Origin: Usitatibacteraceae bacterium
Lineage (GTDB): Bacteria; Pseudomonadota; Gammaproteobacteria; Burkholderiales; Usitatibacteraceae
DNA length: 64,000 nt
Assembly (NCBI GenBank): GCA_044346745.1
Contig: JBIIYQ010000001.1
Coordinates: 26,156-90,155, forward strand
Direction: 5' to 3'
Part shown: positions 35,368 through 45,562 of the stretch, in pieces
Numbering within the stretch: position 1 is the stretch's first letter
How the letters are laid out: each line of letters begins with the position of its first letter
Translations under genes and position numbers: made by a program
Notes under the pieces: generated by a model
Databases searched by the model: none
Told to the model about the DNA's origin: nothing
Seen by the model: only the letters and a program-made list of their open reading frames with translations

Positions 35368-36315
35368 TCAGCCGTCAGGCCTTTCAACATACATTCTCGC
35401 CACAATCAGCGAATCATCGCGAAAATACGCGTGCGGCATATGCGCCGTGCTGTGATTCGCCACCGCGTGCCCATTCGCATCGATGGCAATGAAGCCAACG
35501 TCAGCATCAAAATCGCGCGTCATTTGCGATAGCACCTCAGTCACGCTTGCTTCGAGCGACTTGCCTTTTTCAACACCTTCTGAAATCGCCCTGCAAGATA
35601 GCGAACGAATCACGTACTCGCCGGTGCCGGTGGCAGAGGAAGCCGCAAACTTATTAGCGTAGGTCCCTGCACCAGGCAGTGGCGTATCACCCACACGTCC
35701 GGGCAGCTTCAGCGTCACGCCGCCGGTTGAAGTTGCAGCACACAACACGCCATTTTGGTCGAGTGCGACCACCCCGATCGTTCCCCCCGCGTATTCGGGG
35801 TGTTTGCGGAGGAACTCGCGAATTTTCATCGAGCCCCTGGCGTCTTTGCCAACGCCGATTTCGAGTGTCGCCTTCTTGCTTTTCCAATCTTCAAAGCGGG
35901 CAGGTGTGATGGGGTCGTGGTCGCCGTGCCCCATCACACGGGCAAAACGCAACGCACCCTCCCCCGTCAACATGACGTGGTCGGTCTCTTCCATCACTTG
36001 TCGGGCGACCAAGATCGGATTCTTCACACGCTGGAGTCCCGATACGGAGCCGATCTGCGCACGCTCAGCGACCATCACGCAGGCGTCAAACTCAACGTAT
36101 CCGTCGTAGTTCAACACCGCTCCCGTGCCGGCGTTAAAAATCGGATTGTCTTCGAGCATGACCGCTGCGGCACAAGCTGCATCAAGCGCAGAACCACCCG
36201 CCTGCAAAATTTTGCGGCCGGCGTCGACTGCGGCGGTTGTACCCGCGATAGCGTCGGCGTCCGAGCCTGGGCGCCAAGAGCCGGCTCCACCGTGGACAAT
36301 AAGTGCGATGGTCAT
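35368..36315 (-). CDS. isoaspartyl peptidase / L-asparaginase (Ntn hydrolase, asparaginase-2 family)
   Basis: 315 aa: ALIVHGGAGS and the autoprocessing site GGTIGVVALDQNGVLCAATSTGG. Confidence 0.85.
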   Translation of the reverse strand: MTIALIVHGGAGSWRPGSDADAIAGTTAAVDAGRKILQAGGSALDAACAAAVMLEDNPIFNAGTGAVLNYDGYVEFDACVMVAERAQIGSVSGLQRVKNPILVARQVMEETDHVMLTGEGALRFARVMGHGDHDPITPARFEDWKSKKATLEIGVGKDARGSMKIREFLRKHPEYAGGTIGVVALDQNGVLCAATSTGGVTLKLPGRVGDTPLPGAGTYANKFAASSATGTGEYVIRSLSCRAISEGVEKGKSLEASVTEVLSQMTRDFDADVGFIAIDANGHAVANHSTAHMPHAYFRDDSLIVARMYVERPDG

Positions 36316-36334
36316 CTAGAGCCTCTGCTAGCTT

Positions 36335-38119
36335 TTAGGCTGCTGGTGTTTGTGTTCTGAGCTTTATGTGCAACTCACGCAACTGCTTCTCAGTAACCGC
36401 TGATGGTGTTTCGATCAGCAGATCTTGCCCGCGCTGTGTTTTCGGGAACGCGATCACGTCGCGAATGGAATCCCACTTCTCACACATCAGCGTTACGATA
36501 CGATCCAAGCCAAACGCCACACCACCCATCGGCGGTGCACCATACTTCAGTGCCTCGAGCAGGAAACCAAATTTGGCTTGTTGGTCCGCCTCGGAGATAC
36601 CGAGCACTGCAAATTGTGTCGCTTGTAGTTCAGGCGAATGAATACGCACCGAGCCGCCGCCAATTTCCCAGCCGTTCATTGCCACATCGTAGGCTTTAGC
36701 CAACACCTTCGAAGGATCGAACTCCATCAGTGCCACGTGTTCGTCTTTTGGCGCTGTAAACGGATGGTGTGCGGACACAAATCGTTTGTTCTCTTCGTCG
36801 TAATCGTATGCGGGGAAATCTACTACCCACAACGGCCGGTAACCCTTTTCTGCGAAGCCCTTTTCGTGGCCGATTTTGGTTCGCAACGCACCAAGCGAGT
36901 CGTTGACGATTTTAGCTTTGTCGGCACAGAAGAAAATGACGTCCCCATTCTTGGCGTTGCAGGCCTTCAGGATTCCACCAAGCGATTCTGCGTTCAAGAA
37001 CTTCACGATCGGCGACTGTAGTCCCTCTTCGTTCAACTTGGTGACGTCGTTAACCTTGATGTACGCCAAGCCCTTCGCGCCGTAGATGGCAACGAAGGTG
37101 GTCATGTCATCAATCTCCTTCCGCGAGAATTTTTCGTTTCCACCCGGCACACAAAGTGCCGCCACGCGCCCGCTTTTCATATCTGCCGCAGCTCTGAAGA
37201 CTTTGAAGTCGACGGCCTTCATTAATTCCGTCAACTCCGTTAGCTCCAACGAAACACGCAGGTCCGGCTTGTCTGAGCCGTAGCGGCGCATTGCATCTGC
37301 GTAGGTCATGCGAGGGAAGTCGGGCAGGTCAACACCAACACCGGCCTTCCAAATCGTCTTGATGAGGCCTTCCATGATGTCTTGGATTTCGCGCTCATTT
37401 AGGAACGAGGTCTCGATATCAATTTGCGTGAACTCTGGTTGACGATCAGCACGTAGATCTTCGTCGCGGAAACACTTCACGATTTGGTAGTAACGGTCGA
37501 ACCCCGCCACCATCAGGAGTTGTTTAAACAACTGCGGGCTTTGCGGCAGTGCGTAAAACTGTCCGTCGTGAATACGCGAAGGCACCAAAAACTCGCGCGC
37601 CCCCTCCGGGGTCGATTTGTACAGAAACGGCGTTTCAACGTCGACAAAACCCATGTCGTCGAGATAACGACGTGCGGTTGACGCGACCCGATGGCGAAGC
37701 CGCAAATTGTTTTGCATCTGTGGGCGACGTAGGTCGAGATACCGATACTTGAGGCGCGTCTCTTCGTTAATCGTATCATCGTCAATCATGAAGGGCGGCG
37801 TCAACGATGCGTTCAGCACTTCAATCTCTTTGGCGAGCACTTCAATCTCACCCGATTTCAGGTTTGTGTTGATCGTTCCCGCCGGCCGGTTGCGCACCAC
37901 GCCACTGATCCGCATGACATATTCATTGCGTGATTGGTCGGCGGTGGCAAACGCCTCCGGTGTATCGGGATCGATGACGACCTGCAACAGCCCCTCCCGG
38001 TCGCGCAGGTCGATGAAGATTACGCCACCATGGTCGCGACGCCGATGCGCCCAACCGAACACCGTCACGGTCTGGCCAAGATAGCTTGAGTCAATTAAGC
38101 CGCAGTAGTTTGTTCTCAT
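36335..38119 (-). CDS. aspS: aspartate--tRNA ligase
   Basis: The ORF track starts at 38182; the ATG at 38119 gives [40 protein letters not shown]. Class II motifs: [34 protein letters not shown]. Confidence 0.95.
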   Translation of the reverse strand: MRTNYCGLIDSSYLGQTVTVFGWAHRRRDHGGVIFIDLRDREGLLQVVIDPDTPEAFATADQSRNEYVMRISGVVRNRPAGTINTNLKSGEIEVLAKEIEVLNASLTPPFMIDDDTINEETRLKYRYLDLRRPQMQNNLRLRHRVASTARRYLDDMGFVDVETPFLYKSTPEGAREFLVPSRIHDGQFYALPQSPQLFKQLLMVAGFDRYYQIVKCFRDEDLRADRQPEFTQIDIETSFLNEREIQDIMEGLIKTIWKAGVGVDLPDFPRMTYADAMRRYGSDKPDLRVSLELTELTELMKAVDFKVFRAAADMKSGRVAALCVPGGNEKFSRKEIDDMTTFVAIYGAKGLAYIKVNDVTKLNEEGLQSPIVKFLNAESLGGILKACNAKNGDVIFFCADKAKIVNDSLGALRTKIGHEKGFAEKGYRPLWVVDFPAYDYDEENKRFVSAHHPFTAPKDEHVALMEFDPSKVLAKAYDVAMNGWEIGGGSVRIHSPELQATQFAVLGISEADQQAKFGFLLEALKYGAPPMGGVAFGLDRIVTLMCEKWDSIRDVIAFPKTQRGQDLLIETPSAVTEKQLRELHIKLRTQTPAA

Positions 38120-38328
38120 ACATTCACTCACAAAATTTGGGACTTCAGCCCGATCAATAGGCGGCGCAAGTTGAAAAAACATCAGGCCGCAAGTTGATTC
38201 GCTAAAGCAATACCGTTAAAGGATTGTCAACCGCGCCGTAAATCAACGAAACACTTGAACGAATTTTCGCGGCCGGATCGCAGTGGCAATGACGCTCGCC
38301 GCCCGGCCCTTGTTGCTTGGCCGAGCGG

Positions 38329-38985
38329 CTACGGATTGGGGTCGGTGCCGGATTTTTTCATCTCGGCCCCGTTGGCGTGGGAGGGTAGATTAATCGGACG
38401 GGGTGGCTCCGCCACACCCATCGAAATGATGTACTTAAGCGCTTGGTCGATGGTCATCTTAAGTTCTATCACGTCGCTCTTCGGCACGATGAGGAAAAAC
38501 CCGGCGGTAATGTTGGGCGTGGTCGGCACAAAGACCGAAAAATTGTTGGTGCCGAGGTGGTCCGTCACTTCGTGCTCTGGCTCACCGGTCAAGAGTGCAA
38601 CGGTCCACGTATCCCGTTGTGGGTAACGTACCAGTACCGCCTTGCGAAATGCCTTCCCCTCGGGGGAGAACAGGGTGTCTGAAATCTGCTTAACGCCACC
38701 ATACACGGAGTTGACGATGGGGATACGGTGAAGAATGTGATCCCACCATCCCAGCAATTTTTTACCAAAGAAGTTCGCCGCAATAACGCCCGTACTCAAG
38801 ACAATCAGCAACGTCAGGATGACACCCATTCCCGGCACGTGAAAGCCAAACAAAGCATCGGTGCGAAATCGTTCCGGTAACAGCAGCAACGTTTGATCCA
38901 TGGTGTCGATCAATAACTTCAGCACGAACAACGTGATGACCACCGGGATCCAAACCAACAACCCAGCAATTAAATATTTGCGCAT
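38329..38985 (-). CDS. DUF502-family membrane protein
   Basis: 218 aa: MRKYLIAGLLVWIPVVITLFVLKLLIDTMD ... RIPIVNSVYGGVKQ ... PTTPNITAGFFLIVP. Confidence 0.8.
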   Translation of the reverse strand: MRKYLIAGLLVWIPVVITLFVLKLLIDTMDQTLLLLPERFRTDALFGFHVPGMGVILTLLIVLSTGVIAANFFGKKLLGWWDHILHRIPIVNSVYGGVKQISDTLFSPEGKAFRKAVLVRYPQRDTWTVALLTGEPEHEVTDHLGTNNFSVFVPTTPNITAGFFLIVPKSDVIELKMTIDQALKYIISMGVAEPPRPINLPSHANGAEMKKSGTDPNP

Positions 38986-39011
38986 GCGCGACCGTGCCTT
39001 AGGAAAAAAAT

Positions 39012-39359
39012 TCAGGTCGACGAAGGCGTCGAGGCCGGCGATGAAGTCGCGGCGGCAGCCGGAGTCGCTGCCGGTGAAGGAGTAGAAGGGGCGGCGGAAG
39101 CTGGAGCGGTCGCGCCCGCTGCCGGTGCGGGAGTAGCTGTCTTTTCAGTCGATGGCGCGCCATCAGCCGGCTTGTTCCCTCCGCGAAAGTCAGTCACGTA
39201 CCAACCACTACCCTTGAGCGCGAAATTCGGCGCAGTCACTTGTCTAGAGTAGGTCTCGGCACCACACGCTGGACACTTGGTCAGCGCGTCGTCGGACATT
39301 TTCTGCATGACATCGTCGGCGTGGCCGCATGTCGCACATTTGTAGGCGTAGATCGGCAT
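39012..39359 (-). CDS. FmdB-family zinc-ribbon protein with Ala/Pro/Ser/Thr-rich tail
   Basis: The ATG at 39359 gives MPIYAYKCATCGHADDVMQKMSDDALTKCPACGAETYSRQV (CxxC...CxxC). The ORF-track N-terminal extension to 39476 is unlikely. Confidence 0.8.
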   Translation of the reverse strand: MPIYAYKCATCGHADDVMQKMSDDALTKCPACGAETYSRQVTAPNFALKGSGWYVTDFRGGNKPADGAPSTEKTATPAPAAGATAPASAAPSTPSPAATPAAAATSSPASTPSST

Positions 39360-39679
39360 CTTGGGTCGGAAAAAATCTTCGTGTCGGAAATGTTTGGAGT
39401 GAAGTATTTTAGCAGACCGCTCTGCGCACATGTTGCACCGCAGCGACAACATCGTGTCGGTAGAAAGGCGAAACACTAATATCGACGGTCATTTCCACGC
39501 GTTTCCGCCTGTAACCGCCCGCCGGTCTTTGTGTTTGTTGTCTCTGTAATTCCCCTCCTCGGGTCTCTACCAACGCGAACTCGCACGACTTGGTTCGGTT
39601 GTATTGTCTAATGTTGCATCTCCCCTCTACCGACGACAGTCCCATGACCCCCCAAACATCCACACCATTACCAACCACA

Positions 39680-40663
39680 ATGCGATTCGTTACCGCCCCA
39701 ACCCTAGGCGAGCCGGACGTGATGTCGTTGACCAGCGGGCCACTCCCTGCGTTTGGCCCGCAAGACGTGCTGATCAAAGTTCTATACGCCGGCGTTAATC
39801 GACCTGACGTCGCGCAACGGTCCGGCAACTACGCGCCGCCGCCCGGTGCCTCGCCAACGATGGGTCTTGAGGTGTCGGGCGAGATCGTCGCTCGCGGTGC
39901 GGATGTGAGACGCTGGAAAGTGGGCGATCAAGTATGTGCGCTCACACCCGGCGGTGGGTACGCTGAGTACTGCACAGCACCGGCCGAACATTGCCTGCCA
40001 ATTCCAGCTGGCCTGAGCATGCTCGAGGCCGCCGGTGTGCCTGAGAATTTTTTCACAGTTTGGGTAAACGTATTCGACACCTGTCAGCTTAAGGCGGGTG
40101 AGAAGTTTCTGGTGCATGGTGGCTCAAGCGGCATCGGCTTAACCGCGATCCAGCTGGCAAAAGCGTTTGGTGCCGAAGTGTTGACTACCGCTGGCAACGA
40201 AGACAAAGCCGCCTTCTGCAAACAAATCGGCGCGGATCATGCCTTTAACTACAAGACGCAGGACTGGATGGCAGAGATCGCCGCCGTCACGCTGAAAAAA
40301 GGCGTCAACGTCATTCTGGATATGGTCGGCGGTTCTTACATCGAGAAGAATTTGCGCTCGCTGGCATTAGAAGGCCGCTACTGTTTCATCGCGTTTTTAG
40401 AAGGAGGCAAGGTGGAAGTTGACTTTCGTCCGCTGATGATGAAACGCCAAACCATCACTGGCTCGACGCTACGCGCGCGGCCCGATGCGCAGAAGACTGC
40501 CATTGCCGTACAGCTTGAGGAGCAGGTGTGGCCGTTGTTGGCCAGCGGCAAGGTCCGCCCGGTCATCCACAAAACCTTCGCCTTGTCAGAAGTTGTGGAG
40601 GCACATCGCTTGATGGAGTCTAGTGCGCATATTGGGAAGATTATGTTGAAGGTGGCGGGGTAG
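39680..40663 (+). CDS. NAD(P)H:quinone oxidoreductase (zeta-crystallin/MDR family)
   Basis: The ATG at 39680 gives MRFVTAPTLGEPDVMSL... Motifs: GVNRPDVAQRSGNYAPPPGASP, LVHGGSSGIGLTAIQLAK, C-terminal GKIMLKV. Confidence 0.85.
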   Translation: MRFVTAPTLGEPDVMSLTSGPLPAFGPQDVLIKVLYAGVNRPDVAQRSGNYAPPPGASPTMGLEVSGEIVARGADVRRWKVGDQVCALTPGGGYAEYCTAPAEHCLPIPAGLSMLEAAGVPENFFTVWVNVFDTCQLKAGEKFLVHGGSSGIGLTAIQLAKAFGAEVLTTAGNEDKAAFCKQIGADHAFNYKTQDWMAEIAAVTLKKGVNVILDMVGGSYIEKNLRSLALEGRYCFIAFLEGGKVEVDFRPLMMKRQTITGSTLRARPDAQKTAIAVQLEEQVWPLLASGKVRPVIHKTFALSEVVEAHRLMESSAHIGKIMLKVAG

Positions 40664-40805
40664 CTATTGGATATTTGTCGCTATCGCTACGGCACTTAAG
40701 ACTGTCGACCCTGCGGAGGCGGGGACCCAGTTTTTGTTGCAGAAGGAAGCGGTTGTCTTTTGTTCACGACCGATGCGGGGGCGGCCCCGCTGTTTGGCCA
40801 CCGAT

Positions 40806-41381
40806 GCCGGGGGTTGCCCGGCGGCAAGTTGCTTTCTTTTGCTTCGCCAAAAGAAAGCAACCAAAGAAAAGGCGACCCGGTTCGTCGGCCCTTCGGGCTG
40901 CCCTGCGCTGCTCTGAGCAGCGGGCCACTCGCAAAACTCGGACTCGTTGTGAAGTAGGTGCCTCCTATGTGTGCTGGCGCTCGCCCTCAAACATTGCTCG
41001 CGGACTTCCCCCGCAACTCTTGCGCTGCTCGGCGACTCGCACGGGACACTCCTCTATGCGAGCAGTCCCACTTAATCTGAAACGCCAACCATCAAACTTT
41101 CAAAACAGCAATGGTGGGTGACATCGGCAAAACCCGTGCGAGCCGCCGAGCAACGGAGTGGCTGAAGGGGGAGTCGGCGAGGACTGCCTTAGGAGGGCGC
41201 CAAGGCAACTGCCAGAGAAGTAACAAACATTCAACCGACGAGTTCCGCAGCCGCCTTCTGCGCCGAGTAGCACAGGGAACCCAAAGGGCGACCGATGTTG
41301 CCAACCGCGCGGGGTCGCCTTCTGTTGGTTACTTTTCTTGGCGAAGCAAGAAAAGTGACTAGCCGCCGGGCTACCCCCGGC
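40806..41381. repeat. composite repeat: two diverged ~240-bp copies in inverted orientation, each ending in a ~70-bp module with its own hairpin
   Basis: 40807-40878 reads CCGGGGGTTGCCCGGCGGCAAGTTGCTTTCTTTTGCTTCGCCAAAAGAAAGCAACCAAAGAAAAGGCGACCC. The reverse complement of 41312-41380 reads CCGGGGGTAGCCCGGCGGCTAGTCACTTTTCTTGCTTCGCCAAGAAAAGTAACCAACAGAAGGCGACCC, about 80% identical by eye. The internal parts are also similar (GCTCGGCG[A/G]CTCGCACGGG near the centre). The ORFs listed over this region look like translation artefacts. Confidence 0.75.
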
Positions 41382-41391
41382 CTCCTTTTGA

Positions 41392-41889
41392 TCAGTCCGC
41401 GAGTTTAACTGGAAGACTGGACCGCCCCGCTAGCAACTCCATTACAGCTTTCCTCAGCGCTTCCTGCTCTTGCTGAACGTTTCCAAACCCTTCAGGGTAA
41501 TAGGTTTGGTTCTTTATGTGAGTCTTGTCGAATTCGAAACCTAGAAAGACCGCCATGGAATGCAGCAGATCGACTAACAACTCCACTCGTTTTGTACCCC
41601 AGCTTTCTTTGGGATAAGACTTGTCGCCGAAATGATCAAGGTATTGCTTCCACTTAGACCGAATCTCGCGCTCCTGAGTGGTGGCGGAAGAAAACACAAC
41701 GTCAATCAAGCTAAGAGCTTCAACGTGCTTCGGATCCAGCGTCGAAGCTCTTGTCGCCATCAACGTCTTAAAAATTTTCAGCTTCTCTTCCCGCTCGTCG
41801 CGCCGTCTTTCTAACCACAAGCTAATTTGAACGGCAAAGAGTGGGGCCAGCAAGGTCGCAAGCCCGATCATCCAGTCTTTCGATTCCAT
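41392..41889 (-). CDS. hypothetical protein with N-terminal TM anchor (165 aa)
   Basis: MESKDWMIGLATLLAPLFAVQISLWLERRRDEREEKLKIF... Lower GC than the neighbours. It is wedged between ssb and the repeat element, 11 nt downstream of ssb. Confidence 0.6.
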   Translation of the reverse strand: MESKDWMIGLATLLAPLFAVQISLWLERRRDEREEKLKIFKTLMATRASTLDPKHVEALSLIDVVFSSATTQEREIRSKWKQYLDHFGDKSYPKESWGTKRVELLVDLLHSMAVFLGFEFDKTHIKNQTYYPEGFGNVQQEQEALRKAVMELLAGRSSLPVKLAD

Positions 41890-41900
41890 GGTTGTTCTCC

Positions 41901-42386
41901 CTAAAACGGAATATCGTCATCCATATCATCGAACTTCGCCGCACCACCTTTACTAGGCGCAGGCTTTGCGGCTCCTCCGGCACTCGCTGATGCAGGACGT
42001 GACGCATATTCAGGCGCACCTCCAGATCCTCCCGCGTCACCACCGCCCATGCCGCCGCGCGAACCCAACATTTGCATCGAATCCGCGAGAACCTCGGTCG
42101 TGTATTTTTCGACGCCATCTTTATCTTGCCACTTGCGAGTGCGTAGTTTGCCCTCGACGTATACCTGCGAGCCCTTTTTCAAATACTCACCGGCGATTTC
42201 GGCCAGCTTGCCAAAGAACGCGACGCGGTGCCATTCGGTTTGCTCCTGCTTTTCGCCGCTCTTATCTTTCCACTGAGAAGTGGTTGCGATCGAAATGTTG
42301 GTAATCGCGCCGCCGTCCGGCATGTAGCGCGTTTCTGGGTCGCGGCCAAGATTGCCGACGAGGATTACTTTGTTTACTGAGGCCAT
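41901..42386 (-). CDS. ssb: single-stranded DNA-binding protein
   Basis: The ATG at 42386 gives [42 protein letters not shown]. Gly-rich linker and acidic tip DDMDDDIPF. Confidence 0.95.
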   Translation of the reverse strand: MASVNKVILVGNLGRDPETRYMPDGGAITNISIATTSQWKDKSGEKQEQTEWHRVAFFGKLAEIAGEYLKKGSQVYVEGKLRTRKWQDKDGVEKYTTEVLADSMQMLGSRGGMGGGDAGGSGGAPEYASRPASASAGGAAKPAPSKGGAAKFDDMDDDIPF

Positions 42387-42442
42387 AGCGTGTTTCCTTA
42401 CATTAACGTGGAAAAACTGCACCCAATGTGCTGAATGGAATT

Positions 42443-42458
42443 CTGGTTCGAAGACCAG
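42443..42458. promoter_or_regulatory. dyad CTGG-N8-CCAG in the ssb/uvrA divergent region (SOS-box-like variant)
   Basis: CTGGTTCGAAGACCAG read directly, 57 nt upstream of ssb. The canonical CTGT-N8-ACAG is not present anywhere in 42387-42626. Confidence 0.2.
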
Positions 42459-42626
42459 CATTGCGTTTCAAGAAATAGGTGCAGAACAGTGATGCGAGCG
42501 AGTAATATAGCAGGTTGCATTTTTTAGATTCGCACCGAATTTCGGGGGCGAATCTGCTCGTTAAAGAGCGTTGAATCAACATCCCTTGATTCAAGGATTT
42601 AGCCGGGAAAGCTCATCAAGCACGTT

Positions 42627-45491
42627 ATGGATTACATCAAGATTCGCGGCGCACGGACGCACAACCTCAAGAACGTCAACTTAGATTTGCCCCGTCACTC
42701 CCTCGTCGTCATTACCGGCCTGTCGGGCTCTGGAAAATCATCACTCGCTTTCGACACGTTGTACGCCGAAGGCCAACGTCGTTACGTCGAATCGTTGTCT
42801 GCGTATGCACGCCAGTTTCTGCAGTTGATGGAAAAGCCCGATGTTGATTTGATCGAAGGATTGTCGCCGGCGATTTCAATCGAACAGAAGGCAACATCAC
42901 ACAACCCAAGATCGACGGTTGGTACCGTAACCGAGATTCACGATTACTTGCGGCTGCTCTTCGCCCGCGCCGGCACGCCGTATTGCCCTGAACATCAGCT
43001 CGCGCTGGAGGCACAGACCGTTTCACAAATGGTGGATACCGTCTTGGCAATGCCCGCGGGTACAAAACTGATGCTACTGGCGCCCGCGATTGTCGACCGA
43101 AAGGGTGAACACGCTGAACTCGTCGACGAGTTTCGGAGCCAGGGTTTTGTCCGCATGCGCGTTGACGCCAAGGTCATCGAAATCGATCAATTCCCAAAGT
43201 TAGACAAACAAAAGAAACACACCATTGAGGTGGTTGTTGATCGCATCAAGACAGCGCCAGATCTTAAGCAGCGCATCGCCGAGTCTTTTGAGACATGCCT
43301 TCGTGTCGGCAATGGCAAAGCTCTCGCGGTTGATATGGATTCAGGCAAAGAGCTGCTGTTCTCGTCAAAGTTTTCCTGCCCGATTTGCGACTATTCGCTC
43401 TCGGAAATGGAACCGCGACTGTTTTCGTTCAACAACCCGATGGGTGCATGCCCCAGTTGCGACGGGCTGGGCGAGATTACTTTTTTCGATCCCAAACGCA
43501 TCGTTTCCTACCCCGGCTTGTCGCTGGCCGGCGGCGCAATCAAGGGGTGGGATCGCCGCAACCAATTCTATTTTCAGACGCTGATTGGATTGGCGGAACA
43601 CTATCAGTTTGATATTGACAAGCCGTTCGACAAACTCACGCCTGAAGCGCAGCAGATTATCTTGTTTGGATCTGGCAAAGACAAAGTCCCATTCAAGTAT
43701 CCCGGCGAGCGGGGTAAACCCATCATTCGCGCTGACGTCTTTGAAGGTATCGTGCCCAATTTGGAGCGCCGCTATCGCGAAACCGATTCAATGGCGGTGC
43801 GCGAAGAACTGGCGAAATATATCTCAACCAAGGCCTGCCCCGAGTGCGCTGGTACGCGGCTGCGCAAGGAGGCACGTAACGTTCGTGTTGGCGAAAAGTC
43901 CCTGCATGAAATTTCCGCGATGGCGCTCAAAGAGTCCGCCCGCTGGTTTGCAGGAGTCAAGCTGACCAAACAAAAGATGGCAATCGCGGACAAGATCATT
44001 GGTGAGATCTCTGCACGCCTACAGTTCTTGAACAACGTCGGGCTGGATTACCTGTCGCTCGTTCGCTCCGCTGACACGCTTTCCGGCGGAGAGGCGCAAC
44101 GAATCCGTCTTGCATCGCAGATCGGCTCCGGTCTTACCGGCGTGATGTATGTGCTGGATGAGCCATCCATCGGTCTGCACCAGCGTGACAACGATCGTTT
44201 GCTGGAAACACTTAAGCGTTTGCGCGACTTAGGCAACTCGGTCATCGTTGTTGAGCACGATGAGGATGCAATAAACAGCGCCGACTACGTCGTTGACATG
44301 GGGCCTGGTGCCGGCGTCCACGGCGGTATGGTCGTGGCAGAGGGAACACCCGCGCAGATCAAAAAATCATCGCAGTCGCTGACCGGACAGTATCTATCTG
44401 GCAAGAAGCGCATCAGCATGCCGAAATCGCGCTTTAAGTTAGACAAAAGGAAGCAGCTCGTCATCAAGGGTGCTCGTGGCAACAACTTGAAGAATGTGAC
44501 GCTCGAATTGCCGGTTGGTGGCATGATTTGCATCACCGGTGTATCGGGCTCTGGAAAGTCGACACTCATCAACGACACCCTCTATAAAACCGTCGCACAC
44601 CATCTTTACGCTTCAACCAATGATCCCGCGCCTTTCGATTCAATTGAAGGTCTGGACCATTTTGATAAGGTGATCTCGGTTGACCAATCGCCGATTGGCC
44701 GCACGCCCCGCTCCAACCCAGCCACCTACACCGGCCTGTTCACGCCGATTCGTGATTTGTTTTCATCGGTGCCGGAAGCCCGTGCACGTGGTTATGGCCC
44801 GGGCAGATTTTCGTTCAATGTAAAGGGTGGCCGTTGCGAAGCCTGCCAGGGTGACGGCGTGATCAAAGTGGAGATGCATTTCCTGCCGGACGTCTATGTG
44901 CCATGCGACGTTTGCCACGGCAAACGTTACAACCGCGAGACCCTGGAGGTTCATTACAAGGGTAAGAACATCACCGAAGTGCTGGCAATGACCGTTGAGA
45001 ATGCCTTTGAGTTTTTCAAGCCAGTGCCGGTGGTTGCGAGAAAGCTACAGACGCTACTGGATGTCGGACTCGGCTACATTCGGCTTGGTCAAAGTGCAAC
45101 TACGCTATCTGGTGGTGAAGCTCAACGTGTAAAGCTGTCGCTGGAGCTCTCCAAACGAGACACCGGCAAGACACTCTTTGTTCTCGATGAACCGACCACG
45201 GGATTGCATTTCGCAGACATCGACATGTTGCTAAAGGTGTTGCACCGTCTGCGCGATCACGGCAATACGGTGGTGGTGATCGAACACAACCTCGACGTCA
45301 TCCGCACTGCTGACTGGGTGATTGATCTCGGACCAGAAGGTGGCGATGGCGGCGGGATGATTCTCTGTGAGGGTCCACCGGCAACAGTTGCGCAGCACCC
45401 AACGAGTTATACCGCGAAGTATCTGCGCCCAATGTTGGGCATGAATCAGAACAAGCCCGCCGGCACCCCAAAGAAAACAGTAAATGCCTAG
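42627..45491 (+). CDS. uvrA: excinuclease ABC subunit A
   Basis: 954 aa: [61 protein letters not shown]. Two ABC modules and zinc fingers (CPICDY..., CEACQGDG). Confidence 0.97.
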   Translation: MDYIKIRGARTHNLKNVNLDLPRHSLVVITGLSGSGKSSLAFDTLYAEGQRRYVESLSAYARQFLQLMEKPDVDLIEGLSPAISIEQKATSHNPRSTVGTVTEIHDYLRLLFARAGTPYCPEHQLALEAQTVSQMVDTVLAMPAGTKLMLLAPAIVDRKGEHAELVDEFRSQGFVRMRVDAKVIEIDQFPKLDKQKKHTIEVVVDRIKTAPDLKQRIAESFETCLRVGNGKALAVDMDSGKELLFSSKFSCPICDYSLSEMEPRLFSFNNPMGACPSCDGLGEITFFDPKRIVSYPGLSLAGGAIKGWDRRNQFYFQTLIGLAEHYQFDIDKPFDKLTPEAQQIILFGSGKDKVPFKYPGERGKPIIRADVFEGIVPNLERRYRETDSMAVREELAKYISTKACPECAGTRLRKEARNVRVGEKSLHEISAMALKESARWFAGVKLTKQKMAIADKIIGEISARLQFLNNVGLDYLSLVRSADTLSGGEAQRIRLASQIGSGLTGVMYVLDEPSIGLHQRDNDRLLETLKRLRDLGNSVIVVEHDEDAINSADYVVDMGPGAGVHGGMVVAEGTPAQIKKSSQSLTGQYLSGKKRISMPKSRFKLDKRKQLVIKGARGNNLKNVTLELPVGGMICITGVSGSGKSTLINDTLYKTVAHHLYASTNDPAPFDSIEGLDHFDKVISVDQSPIGRTPRSNPATYTGLFTPIRDLFSSVPEARARGYGPGRFSFNVKGGRCEACQGDGVIKVEMHFLPDVYVPCDVCHGKRYNRETLEVHYKGKNITEVLAMTVENAFEFFKPVPVVARKLQTLLDVGLGYIRLGQSATTLSGGEAQRVKLSLELSKRDTGKTLFVLDEPTTGLHFADIDMLLKVLHRLRDHGNTVVVIEHNLDVIRTADWVIDLGPEGGDGGGMILCEGPPATVAQHPTSYTAKYLRPMLGMNQNKPAGTPKKTVNA

Positions 45492-45562
45492 ATTCGGCGG
45501 GCATTTTCGAGCATTTTTGCCCCAAACTGCCCGTCAATCCTTGTGTTTTATACTCGTTACCT

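Noticed and set aside
40664-41362. Five ORFs of 60-148 aa over the 40.7-41.4 kb region
   Set aside because: They cover a palindromic repeat element and mirror each other on the two strands. Their translations are repeat artefacts (poly-basic, Cys/Arg-rich) with no RBS.
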